Below, piece after piece: positions 9,569 through 19,200 of a stretch of 64,000 bases of DNA. Numbering within the stretch: the stretch's first letter is position 1; each line of letters starts with the position of its first letter. The stretch spans positions 1 through 64,000 of the IMG/VR virus record IMGVR_UViG_2906454065_000003; one strand, given 5' to 3'. A model generated the notes under the pieces. That model had not been told where the DNA came from. It searched no databases and was given only the letters and a program-made list of their open reading frames with translations. This DNA comes from a virus. Made by a program: the position numbers and the translations under genes.

Positions 9569-9865
9569 ATGGATGAGAATTTCTTGAATGTGCTCTATAT
9601 CGAGCACACAGACAAAATAGGCGTTTTAAAGGACGATAAGGAAGAAAGGGTATCTATTATCCTAGGTACGGATAAAACGCTTGTAGAACGCAAGAGAGAG
9701 GGCAAAACGTACCTTCTTGTACCTTTGACAAAGAACCATACCTTTGTCTGCAAGGGTAATAGTATTGATGTGGATGGTGAGCGGTTCGATTCGGACATCT
9801 TTTTCCGCAAGGACGCTTGTCAGTGGATTGAGATTAACAAAGAAATGCTATTCAAGGTAGCGTAA
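9569..9865 (+). CDS. hypothetical protein
   Basis: 98-aa ORF starting 4 nt after the previous stop. Confidence 0.4.
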   Translation: MDENFLNVLYIEHTDKIGVLKDDKEERVSIILGTDKTLVERKREGKTYLLVPLTKNHTFVCKGNSIDVDGERFDSDIFFRKDACQWIEINKEMLFKVA

Positions 9866-9885
9866 TGAATAAGGAGGTTTAAGCG

Positions 9886-10143
9886 ATGAAAGTATATGTA
9901 GTAATATCTTCATACCAACATGGACTGGGTGAGGCAGTTGAGGTTGACGCAGAAGTTTTCTCTACCATAGATAAGGCAAGAAAGGCGATAAGGCACAAAG
10001 GAATGAACACTTTGGAGAATTACAAGCGAGTTTTGAATTGCGATGATTATCTATACAATATCTCAGATTCTTTCTTTCATATCTCAGACAGCGAAGGAGA
10101 GACGTGGGATAATTTTGATATTGTAGAACGAGAAGTAAAGTAA
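9886..10143 (+). CDS. hypothetical protein
   Basis: 85-aa ORF. Confidence 0.4.
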   Translation: MKVYVVISSYQHGLGEAVEVDAEVFSTIDKARKAIRHKGMNTLENYKRVLNCDDYLYNISDSFFHISDSEGETWDNFDIVEREVK

Positions 10144-10150
10144 TAAGACT

Positions 10151-10396
10151 ATGGATATTAAGATTATCAAAGACATCTTAGATGATGCAAAGGAGTGCGG
10201 TTGCATTGCAGGAATTTCACTCTCTAATGGGCAGTTAACTCATGCAAACTTTAGCAAATCAAAGTTATTTGATTTTACTGCCGATGTTCTTTATAACAAA
10301 AAAAAGCATTTGATAACTATACTTGGTGAGAACGGAAACAGAGATTACATTGATAGTGACTCTATCATACGTATCTTTATTAGAGAAGGTGTTTAA
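10151..10396 (+). CDS. hypothetical protein (tandem paralog of 10416..10664)
   Basis: 81 aa. N-terminus MDIKIIKDILDDAKECG and C-terminus IDSDSIIRIFIREG resemble the next ORF. Confidence 0.4.
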   Translation: MDIKIIKDILDDAKECGCIAGISLSNGQLTHANFSKSKLFDFTADVLYNKKKHLITILGENGNRDYIDSDSIIRIFIREGV

Positions 10397-10415
10397 CAAT
10401 TAATTATAGGAGAAT

Positions 10416-10664
10416 ATGGATGCAGGTCATGTGAATGTGATATTAGGCGAAGCCGAGGACAAAGGTCTTAGAGGAAGTATCAACTTGGTAGGTGGAGCAA
10501 AAATAAGTTTCGACTTCAATAGTGTTGGTGGTGAAACCTCTTTCAATTGCAATACAAAGAACAGAACACTTATGATTGGAAGTGGAAGTACAGTAGTGTT
10601 TACACGTAAATATATTGATTGTAGCTCTATCCAGTATATTGAAGTGTTTGAACGTACAAACTAA
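10416..10664 (+). CDS. hypothetical protein (tandem paralog)
   Basis: 82 aa. MDAGHVNVILGEAEDKG ... YIDCSSIQYIEVFERT. Confidence 0.4.
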   Translation: MDAGHVNVILGEAEDKGLRGSINLVGGAKISFDFNSVGGETSFNCNTKNRTLMIGSGSTVVFTRKYIDCSSIQYIEVFERTN

Positions 10665-10681
10665 TTATAGGAGACAAGAAT

Positions 10682-10966
10682 ATGAATGTACTAGACTATT
10701 ATGAGGTTGTCACCTCAAAGATTTTCAAGTTGGAAAGCATGAACGAGGGGCTTGTATTGATAGCACCGGAGCAGGAGGTGGATGGAGTCCGTTCCTTGAT
10801 GGTGGGATTATATGTGCCAGAGCATGAACGATACAAGATGTATACTTTCCGTTCCTCTATGAACGAGGGTGAACTAAGTGACAAGTACAAGGCAATGGTC
10901 TGCACGATGGATGTTCTTAAACCGGATTGGGATAGAATAAGAAAGAAAAGACGGAAGAGGTTCTAA
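10682..10966 (+). CDS. hypothetical protein
   Basis: 94-aa ORF. Confidence 0.4.
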   Translation: MNVLDYYEVVTSKIFKLESMNEGLVLIAPEQEVDGVRSLMVGLYVPEHERYKMYTFRSSMNEGELSDKYKAMVCTMDVLKPDWDRIRKKRRKRF

Positions 10967-11098
10967 CCTCTTACCGTCTGTAGGATGCAAGCTATTTCAA
11001 GATTATTTTTAGAAAACATGAAAATAAATTAGAGTTTCCTTGTATTTCTCGAAGGTTTTTGTTACCTTTGCGGATGCAAATAATAAAACAATGAGCTT

Positions 11099-11503
11099 AT
11101 GAAAGTATTATCAATTCGTCAGCCGTATGCTTGGTTAATTGCTATCGGCTGCAAGACCATTGAGAACAGAACATGGAATAGAAAGTTCCGTGGTCGTTTC
11201 CTTATTCATGCTAGCCAAGCCAAACCCGAAAAACTTGACGGATGGCAGGAGAGCGCAATGAAGAAATATTGCCAAGAGCATGGTATTGTTATTCCAGACT
11301 TCAAAGACTTGCCAACGTCAGCCATTATCGGCAGCGTAGAGTTGGATGATATTCAATTCCATGAGGCTTATCCGGATGCATTTGCTGAAGATTTCCAATA
11401 TCATTGGTTCTTGAAGAATGCTAAATTGTTCGATAAGCCGATTAGAAACGTCAAAGGCAAGTTATTCCTCTGGGATTATGAGTATAATGAAGCCGAAATG
11501 TAA
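11099..11503 (+). CDS. ASCH-domain protein
   Basis: LSIRQPYAWLIAIGCKTIENRTW...RFLIHAS matches the ASCH/PUA-like N-terminal signature common in prophages. Confidence 0.6.
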   Translation: MKVLSIRQPYAWLIAIGCKTIENRTWNRKFRGRFLIHASQAKPEKLDGWQESAMKKYCQEHGIVIPDFKDLPTSAIIGSVELDDIQFHEAYPDAFAEDFQYHWFLKNAKLFDKPIRNVKGKLFLWDYEYNEAEM

Positions 11504-11604
11504 AATAACAATACTTCTGTAATAAAAATACAAGTTATTGAAAATTAGCGCAAAAGTCTTTGTTGTTCTAAGGGTTAGATAAGATGTAAATGTAAAAATA
11601 AATA

Positions 11605-11637
11605 GAGCCTCAACCTCTAACGAGATTGGGGCTTTTA
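11605..11637. terminator. bidirectional intrinsic terminator between convergent genes
   Basis: Stem AGCCTCAA / TTGGGGCT with a 12-nt loop, flanked by a T-run on + (TTTT) and an A-run upstream. Confidence 0.5.
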
Positions 11638-11645
11638 CAGTTGTC

Positions 11646-12485
11646 TTAGTGTGTCTCACCGCTTGCAAACATATCTACTTGTTTGGATGACTTGTAGCCA
11701 ATGATTTCCAATACCTCCTCAAACTTGTTGTCATACCACTTTGGAATGGTTTGCCCAGGCACATCTTTGTAGATGTCATTCAAAGCATACACCAAACCTT
11801 TTTCGGTGACAGAATAGTACTTGTGAACCTTGCTATTTGTACCCTTTCGGGTCTTCTCTTCCAATAAGCCAGCAGCCAATGCCAGCTTATTGAATTTGAT
11901 GGCTGACAACTCAACACCACGTTCTTTCAACAATTCACTGACTGCGTGCGAAGCACCATTCGGAGCGTGGACGTAATCAGGAACCGGAACTCCATAAGGC
12001 TCTGCTATCTGGCTCACCAACTGCAAGCGTGCGGCATCACTATATCGCAACGAGTCCATTACCCAATTGGCAACCGTCAACTTGTCTTGCAAGAAACTTT
12101 GCTGAGGCTTCATTTGCTCGGCTTGCACCTGCTCACGATGCTTAATTTCCAACTCCTCCCAACGCAAAACCAACTTCGCTCTTGCCTCATCATTAAACTT
12201 GGTGGCAATGTAAAGACTCTCACGTTTGGTAAGGGAATAACAAGGACGCTCACGTCCGTTTTCATCTAAGTAAGAGCAGAGGGAAAAATTTCCCCGAGCC
12301 ACCTTAAACCATGATTCTTCCATTTTACGAATAGCTTTCATCACATCTGCGTGACGTTTATTTGCTATTGTAGCAATTTCCAACGAGGTGATTCTTTCTT
12401 CTCCATCACCTGTCATACCAGATTTCACACTGCCCGATGGGAACACTGGCGGATTCACCATCATTCGGTTTACATTTTCTGTCAT
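11646..12485 (-). CDS. phage antirepressor / Rha-KilAC-like regulatory protein
   Basis: N-terminal SLEIATIANKRHADVMKAIRK resembles the phage Rha/ORF6N regulatory domain. The C-terminal half resembles KilA-C. 279 aa. Confidence 0.5.
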   Translation of the reverse strand: MTENVNRMMVNPPVFPSGSVKSGMTGDGEERITSLEIATIANKRHADVMKAIRKMEESWFKVARGNFSLCSYLDENGRERPCYSLTKRESLYIATKFNDEARAKLVLRWEELEIKHREQVQAEQMKPQQSFLQDKLTVANWVMDSLRYSDAARLQLVSQIAEPYGVPVPDYVHAPNGASHAVSELLKERGVELSAIKFNKLALAAGLLEEKTRKGTNSKVHKYYSVTEKGLVYALNDIYKDVPGQTIPKWYDNKFEEVLEIIGYKSSKQVDMFASGETH

Positions 12486-12945
12486 AGTAACTCCAAATTT
12501 AAATTGTTAATAATTATATTTGGCTGTGGTGGAAACGAAAAGCCCCATCCGCTAAAGTCACGAGAGCGGACAGGGCTTGTGTCAACCGTCCACTTATGTA
12601 AGGCGATGAACGGAATGACAATACTCCACGCTTGGAGCAAATGAAAATATTTAATTTTAAATTTTAAAAATATGATCTATATCCTCATTAGCCGTGCTCG
12701 TGACTTCACAACCTTGTTATTTTCGGCTGCAAAGTTAATGCTTTTCTTGTTAACATGCAAACGCTTTAGTGTTTTATTTAAAATATTAACGTTTGTTTTA
12801 CTATGGAGGACTTCTGCCCTCGCCAGCACGACCAGCTATCGTGGCACGTTGCTGCACATTACTTCTTCTTTCCATTGCTCACGGAATTTAATTGTTAAAC
12901 ATCAAAGATAATGTGCAGTTGTTTCGGTGTGCCTCACGAAATCTA

Positions 12946-13245
12946 TTACAAATCACACTCGTATGAGTATTGCTTTTTCAGCTTGTTCAATGCGTTCTCG
13001 GTAACGTAGTAGATGTTATCGAAATATTCGCTTTTCTTGATGCTTCGGCTTTCTTTCAGCTCTACCTTGTGATTGAATGTCACTTCGTAGCGGTTTGCGA
13101 TGCTTGTAATCAAGAAATCAACCTCACGCTTATGTCTGTCCAGATCGGTCTCTTTATACTCACCACGCTTGATAAATGCGTCCTTGTTCGTCTCTTCGAT
13201 GTTAGCAACCATGTTGCCTTGCATCACTATAATCTTTGCGCTCAT
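12946..13245 (-). CDS. hypothetical protein
   Basis: 99-aa ORF. The overlapping + ORF 12970..13251 is less likely given the surrounding - strand genes. Confidence 0.4.
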   Translation of the reverse strand: MSAKIIVMQGNMVANIEETNKDAFIKRGEYKETDLDRHKREVDFLITSIANRYEVTFNHKVELKESRSIKKSEYFDNIYYVTENALNKLKKQYSYECDL

Positions 13246-13277
13246 ATCTAGTTTCTTTTTAAATCGTTAGAAATCTG

Positions 13278-13613
13278 TTATGCAACTCTCATAAGGTTTG
13301 CCTTCTTGAAGCAACGCCATTCTTCTTTCTCGGTATCGAAGTACACTTGGCAAGTGTCATTCATCTTGCGACCTGCACCCTGTGTAGCTGGGATAACCTT
13401 CTCGCTCAATGTGCCGAATGCCTCACGCAAGCTACCATCAACCTTCTGAAAGTAAAACTTCACGATGCGCTTCTTCATCTGACCCTTCAGCTTGATGTTC
13501 ATCCAAGCGACCTTTAAAGCCTCGCTCATTGTGTAGCCATTCTTCTTGATGAACTGCCAAGCAAGCTTCATTACCTCACTCAATGTATTTCTTAATGTAG
13601 TAGCCATAATCAC
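13278..13613 (-). CDS. hypothetical protein (paralog of 8883..9221)
   Basis: 111 aa, homologous to 8883..9221. The ATG lies 9 nt inside the right IR arm. Confidence 0.55.
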   Translation of the reverse strand: MIMATTLRNTLSEVMKLAWQFIKKNGYTMSEALKVAWMNIKLKGQMKKRIVKFYFQKVDGSLREAFGTLSEKVIPATQGAGRKMNDTCQVYFDTEKEEWRCFKKANLMRVA

Positions 13614-13616
13614 TAT

Positions 13617-13640
13617 ACCGTTTTACGAGTGCCGACTCGG
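13617..13640. repeat. right arm of the 24-bp perfect inverted repeat
   Basis: ACCGTTTTACGAGTGCCGACTCGG is the reverse complement of 8851..8874. Confidence 0.9.
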
Positions 13641-13699
13641 AGGTGCAACCTCAACTAAATTAATAATGTTATTGTGACCTTTGTTTCTTAATCACGATG

Positions 13700-13707
13700 C
13701 AAAGATA
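13700..13707 (-). promoter_or_regulatory. -7 box TATCTTTG on the - strand for 13278..13613
   Basis: The reverse complement of 13700..13707 is TATCTTTG, about 85 nt upstream of the start. Confidence 0.4.
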
Positions 13708-13829
13708 CTAAGTTCTATCCTAACTACCAAATATTTTATTAAGTTTTATCTTAACTTTAACCTTTGTTTGCTGATTTAATATACAAATTAAGAAATGTTT
13801 GCATTGTTAGGTTAAAAACTTAGTTTTTC

Positions 13830-13861
13830 ATAATAAGTTTGGCAGTTTGCGAAAATATGTG
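13830..13861 (+). promoter_or_regulatory. Bacteroides-type promoter for HTH gene 13913..14218
   Basis: TATCTTTG at 13854..13861 with TTTG(GCAGTTTG) upstream. The leader ATATATAATAAGGTATGGA is the same as the leader of the 8316..8582 gene. Confidence 0.5.
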
Positions 13862-13912
13862 TATCTTTGCAACATCAATAAAATAAAGTTAGAACTTAAT
13901 ATATAATAAGGT

Positions 13913-14218
13913 ATGGATATACGAGGCATAATTAAACGAAAAGGCTTTACGCTAACGTATGTAGCTGATAGGCTGACTAACAAAAAAGGTGGTAAGGGAG
14001 TATCTTTGCCATCCTTGATACAAACTATTGATGGGAATCCAACTGTCGCCAGTCTTCAGGAGATAGCAAGCATTATAGGTGTAACGCTTGCAGAACTAGT
14101 TTCCGAAGCTGATTGTTCAGATTTCATTGCCCTTATAAAACAAGGTGGTGAGTTGTATTCCGCATCGTCCATCGCTGAGGCTAGGGTCGTGTTGGATAAG
14201 TTGGAAAGTGTTAAGTAA
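13913..14218 (+). CDS. HTH DNA-binding regulator (XRE/Cro-like)
   Basis: MDIRGIIKRKGFTLTYVADRLT...ASLQEIASIIGVTLAELVSE. Paralogous N-terminus and leader to 8316..8582. Confidence 0.55.
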   Translation: MDIRGIIKRKGFTLTYVADRLTNKKGGKGVSLPSLIQTIDGNPTVASLQEIASIIGVTLAELVSEADCSDFIALIKQGGELYSASSIAEARVVLDKLESVK

Positions 14219-14263
14219 CGTGGGGCGTTCCTCATCAAGTTCAATAATTAAAAGTATGGGATT

Positions 14264-15004
14264 ATGAAGAAAATTGCTTACGTAGCTATTATTGTAGTAA
14301 TTGTTGTCATTTGTGGTTACGCAATAAAGGTCGCCTCTGAAAGAGACAAGATGATAGCTGAAGAGTGGGAACAACATGAAATACGAGCTATATCCAAGGA
14401 TTCCTGTATGCCAAAACGTGACTTGGTTTTAAAAAAATATTTTGGCAAAAGCTATAAGGTGATTGATAGTCAGTTTTATAACAATAAGGGTTATAATGAT
14501 CAGAATGGTAGCTTTAGTGATAAAGGAACTGTAGAGGGTGTTGTGGAAGGAAGAAATGGGAAATTTGCGTATGATATGAAAGTCTCAATTCCTTATAGGA
14601 ATCCTAAAGATTGGAATTTGGAATCGTTGATAGTGAAAGACTTGAAATCATGTCATTATGTATATATCGTGAGAGATGGGAAGCGTGAAGACCCAAGAGA
14701 ATACGAAAAAGCAAATGCTATCAGTTCTTCTAGTGAGACCGATGTGTATGTTTCGGATGAAGACCTGTATTCAATAGAGGATGCTCTTCAAAAAGAGTGG
14801 AATGTTAGCAATGCTTCAAGTTCCGTAGGTGCGGAAAGCTCCAATGTGTTCAAGGTGAAGAAAGAAAGCGTTAGTGGACGTGAGGTCACTGTTTCTTATT
14901 CTTTGCGTTCAACCTATGGTGGTCAGAAGAAATTCGTTGATTTGCATGGTGTTGTCAAGAAGAATAGTGATGGCTCTTGGAGTGTCGTAAACTTAGGATA
15001 TTAA
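14264..15004 (+). CDS. membrane-anchored protein (N-terminal TM), possible moron
   Basis: MKKIAYVAIIVVIVVICGYAI is a signal-anchor followed by a 220-aa hydrophilic domain. Confidence 0.5.
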   Translation: MKKIAYVAIIVVIVVICGYAIKVASERDKMIAEEWEQHEIRAISKDSCMPKRDLVLKKYFGKSYKVIDSQFYNNKGYNDQNGSFSDKGTVEGVVEGRNGKFAYDMKVSIPYRNPKDWNLESLIVKDLKSCHYVYIVRDGKREDPREYEKANAISSSSETDVYVSDEDLYSIEDALQKEWNVSNASSSVGAESSNVFKVKKESVSGREVTVSYSLRSTYGGQKKFVDLHGVVKKNSDGSWSVVNLGY

Positions 15005-15018
15005 CAATTTAAATAAAT

Positions 15019-15741
15019 GTGATTATGAAGAAGAAAGTGATAATTGCCATCATCGTAGCTATCGTTGTGATAGGTGGCGGAATTGGTGGCTACGTGTACC
15101 ATTCCAACCAAGTTAAGGATGAAAAAATGGCTAATTACAAGAAGGCGTTGTCTGATTATCGCTTCAATAGCAATAGACTAATATATTCTTTGGATTTCGT
15201 AGCAACGGATTTTGTTATTAATTGGAACTCAGCCATAATGAATAAAAAGGCTATGAACGCAAAGAATGAAATAGTTCCTTGCTCTGATTTTGAAGATGCC
15301 GTTTCTTCTCGATATGCCTTCTATGATAAGTATGGTGCATATAAGATTTTGGATAGTGTGTATGTATCATTAGGAAAGCATTTGGAAAAGATGCGTGTAA
15401 ATTCTAATGAAGACCAGCAAAAAATCGTGGAAAGCTGTAGTGATGAATACAAGGAGTTGAATAATGCTATTGTTCTTGTAAAAAAGCCTTATGGCGCATT
15501 GGTGCAATATTCAAAACAGAAAGGAGACTTGTTCTTTAAACTTTATGCTTTTGATAGCGAATTGGCTAAAGTTTCCCCATTGGAAGAAGATAAGGGCGAT
15601 GAGAGAACAAAAGCAATGAATATGGAATTATACGGAACGCATTTGTTTGTTACGGCTGACTTTGACAAAGAACCGCAAAAGGCAAAAAAGCAAAGTTATA
15701 CGTTTAGTAACATTTCAACAAATTGGGTTTATTTGAAATGA
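15019..15741 (+). CDS. membrane-anchored protein (N-terminal TM)
   Basis: KKKVIIAIIVAIVVIGGGIGGYVY is a signal-anchor. Same architecture as the previous gene. Confidence 0.5.
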   Translation: MIMKKKVIIAIIVAIVVIGGGIGGYVYHSNQVKDEKMANYKKALSDYRFNSNRLIYSLDFVATDFVINWNSAIMNKKAMNAKNEIVPCSDFEDAVSSRYAFYDKYGAYKILDSVYVSLGKHLEKMRVNSNEDQQKIVESCSDEYKELNNAIVLVKKPYGALVQYSKQKGDLFFKLYAFDSELAKVSPLEEDKGDERTKAMNMELYGTHLFVTADFDKEPQKAKKQSYTFSNISTNWVYLK

Positions 15742-15821
15742 CATATATAAATAAGATGTAATTTTAAAAATAAGTTTCTAAAAGAAAATAAAGTTTAAAA
15801 GAATAAAGAAATACACTAAAT

Positions 15822-15858
15822 AATTTGCGTGTTTCAGAAATTATGCTTACCTTTGCAA
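15822..15858 (+). promoter_or_regulatory. Bacteroides-type promoter (TTTG ... TACCTTTG)
   Basis: AATTTGCGTGTTTCAGAAATTATGCTTACCTTTGCAAACG, with the -7 box at 15848..15855. It belongs to the repeated promoter family. Confidence 0.5.
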
Positions 15859-15969
15859 ACGAAATCAGAAATGGTTTTGTAGCTTCCATATTGCATTCTC
15901 TACATTAGCGATATTGGTAGCTACGTTTATACATAAGGCAATAGCTTTATAAGCTAGAAGTCATTAAAT

Positions 15970-16078
15970 GAAGTGCAGTGTACAACAGAAAAGTGGTGTG
16001 AAGTGTAGTGGAGTGCGGTGAAGTCTAGTGTAGTAGGGTAAAGTGCAGTATGGTATAGTAAAGTATAGTACAGTATGG
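15970..16078. repeat. degenerate 10-bp tandem repeat, about 11 units (consensus rAAGTGyAGTr)
   Basis: Read in register from 15970: GAAGTGCAGT / GTACAACAGA / AAAGTGGTGT / GAAGTGTAGT / GGAGTGCGGT / GAAGTCTAGT / GTAGTAGGGT / AAAGTGCAGT / ATGGTATAGT / AAAGTATAGT / ACAGTATGGA. Confidence 0.8.
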
Positions 16079-16079
16079 A

Positions 16080-16107
16080 GAGCCATCCTTTGGGGTGGCT
16101 CTTTTTT
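16080..16107 (+). terminator. rho-independent terminator
   Basis: 9-bp stem GAGCCATCC / GGTGGCTC (one G.U pair), loop TTTG, then TTTTTT at 16102..16107. Confidence 0.75.
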
Positions 16108-16213
16108 GTACCCAGCCTTAATTTTTGCACTTAAATCTTTTGTGAAATAGCACACATTAATTCTTTCGTTATTTCTTTGATTATTAGTTAATTTTGCCAA
16201 TAAAACATAAAAT

Positions 16214-19200
16214 ATGGCAGAATTAAGATTCGATGTCAAAGCGAATTTCGAGGAGGTTACGAAACTTCGTTCCGAGTGCGAAAAGTTGAGGGCTGAGTTG
16301 TTGAAGACCAATAAGTCAACCGACCCAGCTATTGTTGCGGATTTGACGGAAAAATATGCAGATGCAAGCAATCGCTTAAAGGATTTAACGCAAGCAGCTT
16401 CAAGAGCCGCTTACGTGATGTCTTCTGAGTTTAATAAGAAGATGCAAGCAGCCGCAAGGGAAGTTTATAGCTATGAACTTCAAATGCAAGCTACCAAAGA
16501 CCGAATAGAAAAAATCCAACAGCAAATCACGAACAAGAGATTAACTCTTGGAGTAACTACGGATAAGTCATCCATAGAGTCTTTGCAGAAGAATATTGAC
16601 TATTTGAAAGGTTCTTTGGCAGGTCAAACTGCGCAATTAAAGAACTTAGAAGGAGGTGCTGTCGGTGCTCGTCAGACCTTGGAGAATATGCGGAATGAGT
16701 ATGTTTTGTATGCAGGTTCAGCAAATCCGGCAAAAGAGGCAACAAATATGTTGACCGATAGCATGAGCCAAATGATAGAACGTATGAAGGCCGCTCCAAC
16801 TGCCGGAGAAGGAATGACTAGTTTGTTCCAAAGAGTTACTGGCGATGCTCACATGCTTTCGGCAACATTACTTGGTGGCTTGGGATTTGAACAACTGGCA
16901 GGTAGTATTTTTAATACTCGTTCTCAATTCCAGCAACTTGAAATATCTTTCAATACCATGCTTGGTAGTGCGGATAAGTCCAAACAATTGATGGACGAAC
17001 TTATCCAAACGGCAGCTCATACACCTTTCGATATGTCCAGCATTACGGGTGGCGCAAAACAACTTTTGGCATATGGAACGGAAGCGAAAGATGTTAACAA
17101 AACCCTTGTCCAACTTGGTGACATTGCTTCGGGCTTGAACATTCCGCTTGGAGACCTTGTTTATCTTTATGGAACGACCGTTTCGCAAGGAAGAATGTTT
17201 ACAATGGATTTGCGTCAGTTCATGGGTAGAGGTGTCCCATTAGCAGAAGAATTGGGTAAAATCTTACACCAAAACACAACGGAGGTTCAAGAGTCTGTTT
17301 CCAAGGGTAAAGTGACATCAGACATCTTCAAGGAAGCTATCGCCAACATGACGCAAGCAGGTGGACGCTTCGGAGGCTTGATGGAACAACAATCAAAGAC
17401 CTTTGAGGGTCAGTGGAGCAATATTGGTGACTCCATCCAGCAGATGTTCAACGAAATCGGCAAAAAATCCGAGGGCGTGTTCTCTAGTGGATTGTCAATT
17501 ATTTCTGCTATGGTAGAGAATTGGCAAGAGGTAATAAAAGTTATTGGCGTAGCTACAGTAGCCGTTGGTTCTTATCGTGCATCATTAATGGCGGCTGCTT
17601 CTATTCGCAAAGCAGAGGAAGCGCAACAAGCCGATGATATGATGAAGGGAATTGATGCTGAAATCAAGCGTTTGCAAGACCTAGAGAACTCAAACTACAA
17701 GTCGCTGGGTAAGGACAAAAAGCAAGAGCGAGTAAGCAAACAACAAGACTTGGCAAGTATTGTTGGAGATACTGCTGTGTCCGATGACTTTGTAAAGGCA
17801 AGGTTAGATGCAGCCGAGCAAGAGGGCGTTATTTCGGCACAAATGCGTTCCCAACTAGAGACGAAACGTGAACTTTTACAGGCTCAGCAACAAGCAACAG
17901 CACAAAGCCAGATAGAACTTGATGAAGAAAAAAGAAAGACCGAGGAACTTCGTCAACAAAAAATAGAGTCTCTTAAAGATGATTTGAAGACTACTACGGA
18001 GAAAATATCAAATCTTGATGATAGGGATGTAGAGTTGGCTAGACAATATACATCAGCTTTGAATGATTTACAAGATGCCCAAGATGCCTTTGCTGAGGCT
18101 CAAAAATTGGTTGAGGAAACTGCTGGTGGCGCAAACTTGGCTTTTGATGCAGAGGGTAATGCCGTGAATGCGCTAGAAGCAAAAGAACGTTTGGAAACGG
18201 CAACAAAACAAGTGAATGCTGCTCAAACAAAGATTTCGACCATTGAAAGCGAACGTAAGACGATTGCTCAAACAAAGGAGAATTTAAGTAAGCAACAGGC
18301 TACGATACAAAATAATATTAACACTGTTTCTCAAGCTTCCAATACCACTGCAAAGAAAGCTGGGATATTGGCGACAACAACAGCCACTATCAAAAATGCG
18401 CTTTATGCAGCAGGTACAAAATATACGACTACGGTAGTTAATCTTTTTTCTAGTGCGGTAAGAAGTAGTGGAAATGCCTTGAAGAGTTTATGGGCGGCAA
18501 TGGCTGCTAATCCGATAGGTGCATTGATAACACTGGGAACAACTTTGTATTCCGTATTTTCTATGTTTGGAGACGAGACTGAAGAAATTTCGGCAGATAC
18601 AACACATTTTGGGGAAACAACAAGTTTGACCAGTAAAAAGGTTGAGACATTGATGAATGTGTTGAGAAATACGAATGAAAGTACTGATGCACATAAAAAA
18701 GCAAAAGATGAACTTATTGGGGTATATGAACAATATGGAATAAAATGCGACAATGAAAAGGATAATTTGGAAACGTTGAAAAATAAGCATGACGCTTTTA
18801 TTGCTTCTTTACAATTAGAAAATGCTGAACGAGAAAAAGCTAACGCTTTGATGTCTATATCTTCTCAATATGAGGAAGCAAGGAAAAACCTAGATAAGGA
18901 TTTTTCTGATTCACTAGGTGGTAGTTGGCTTGATTTCGGACAACATATTGATAAAGAAGACATATCAGCTGTACAGATGATGTTTAATTCACTTGTTTCT
19001 GATGATGCGTTGACTAAGATAGACTCTTTAAGGCAGAAAATGGATTCCGCAAAGAAAGGAACATTGGAATATGCTAATGCCGCACAAGAATACGATGCTG
19101 ATCTTCGCAACCTGTTAGTTCCTTTTGAGGAATGGGGTAAGAAGATGGGGTACAATAGTTTCGTGATGGCAAGTTTGCGAAGTTCGATATTAAAGCATAT

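Noticed and set aside
12970-13251. 93-aa + strand ORF overlapping 12946..13245 (-)
   Set aside because: It lies in the - strand half of the mirror cassette. The - strand ORF fits the operon structure better.
15970-16078. Possible CRISPR array
   Set aside because: The units are 10 bp and degenerate, with no spacers. It is a tandem repeat, not a CRISPR array.
15964-16371. 135-aa ORF on the - strand spanning the tandem repeat and terminator
   Set aside because: It overlaps the tape-measure start and promoter region. Its C-terminus is just the translation of the 10-bp repeat (HTVLYFTIPYCTLPYY...). No promoter context supports it.
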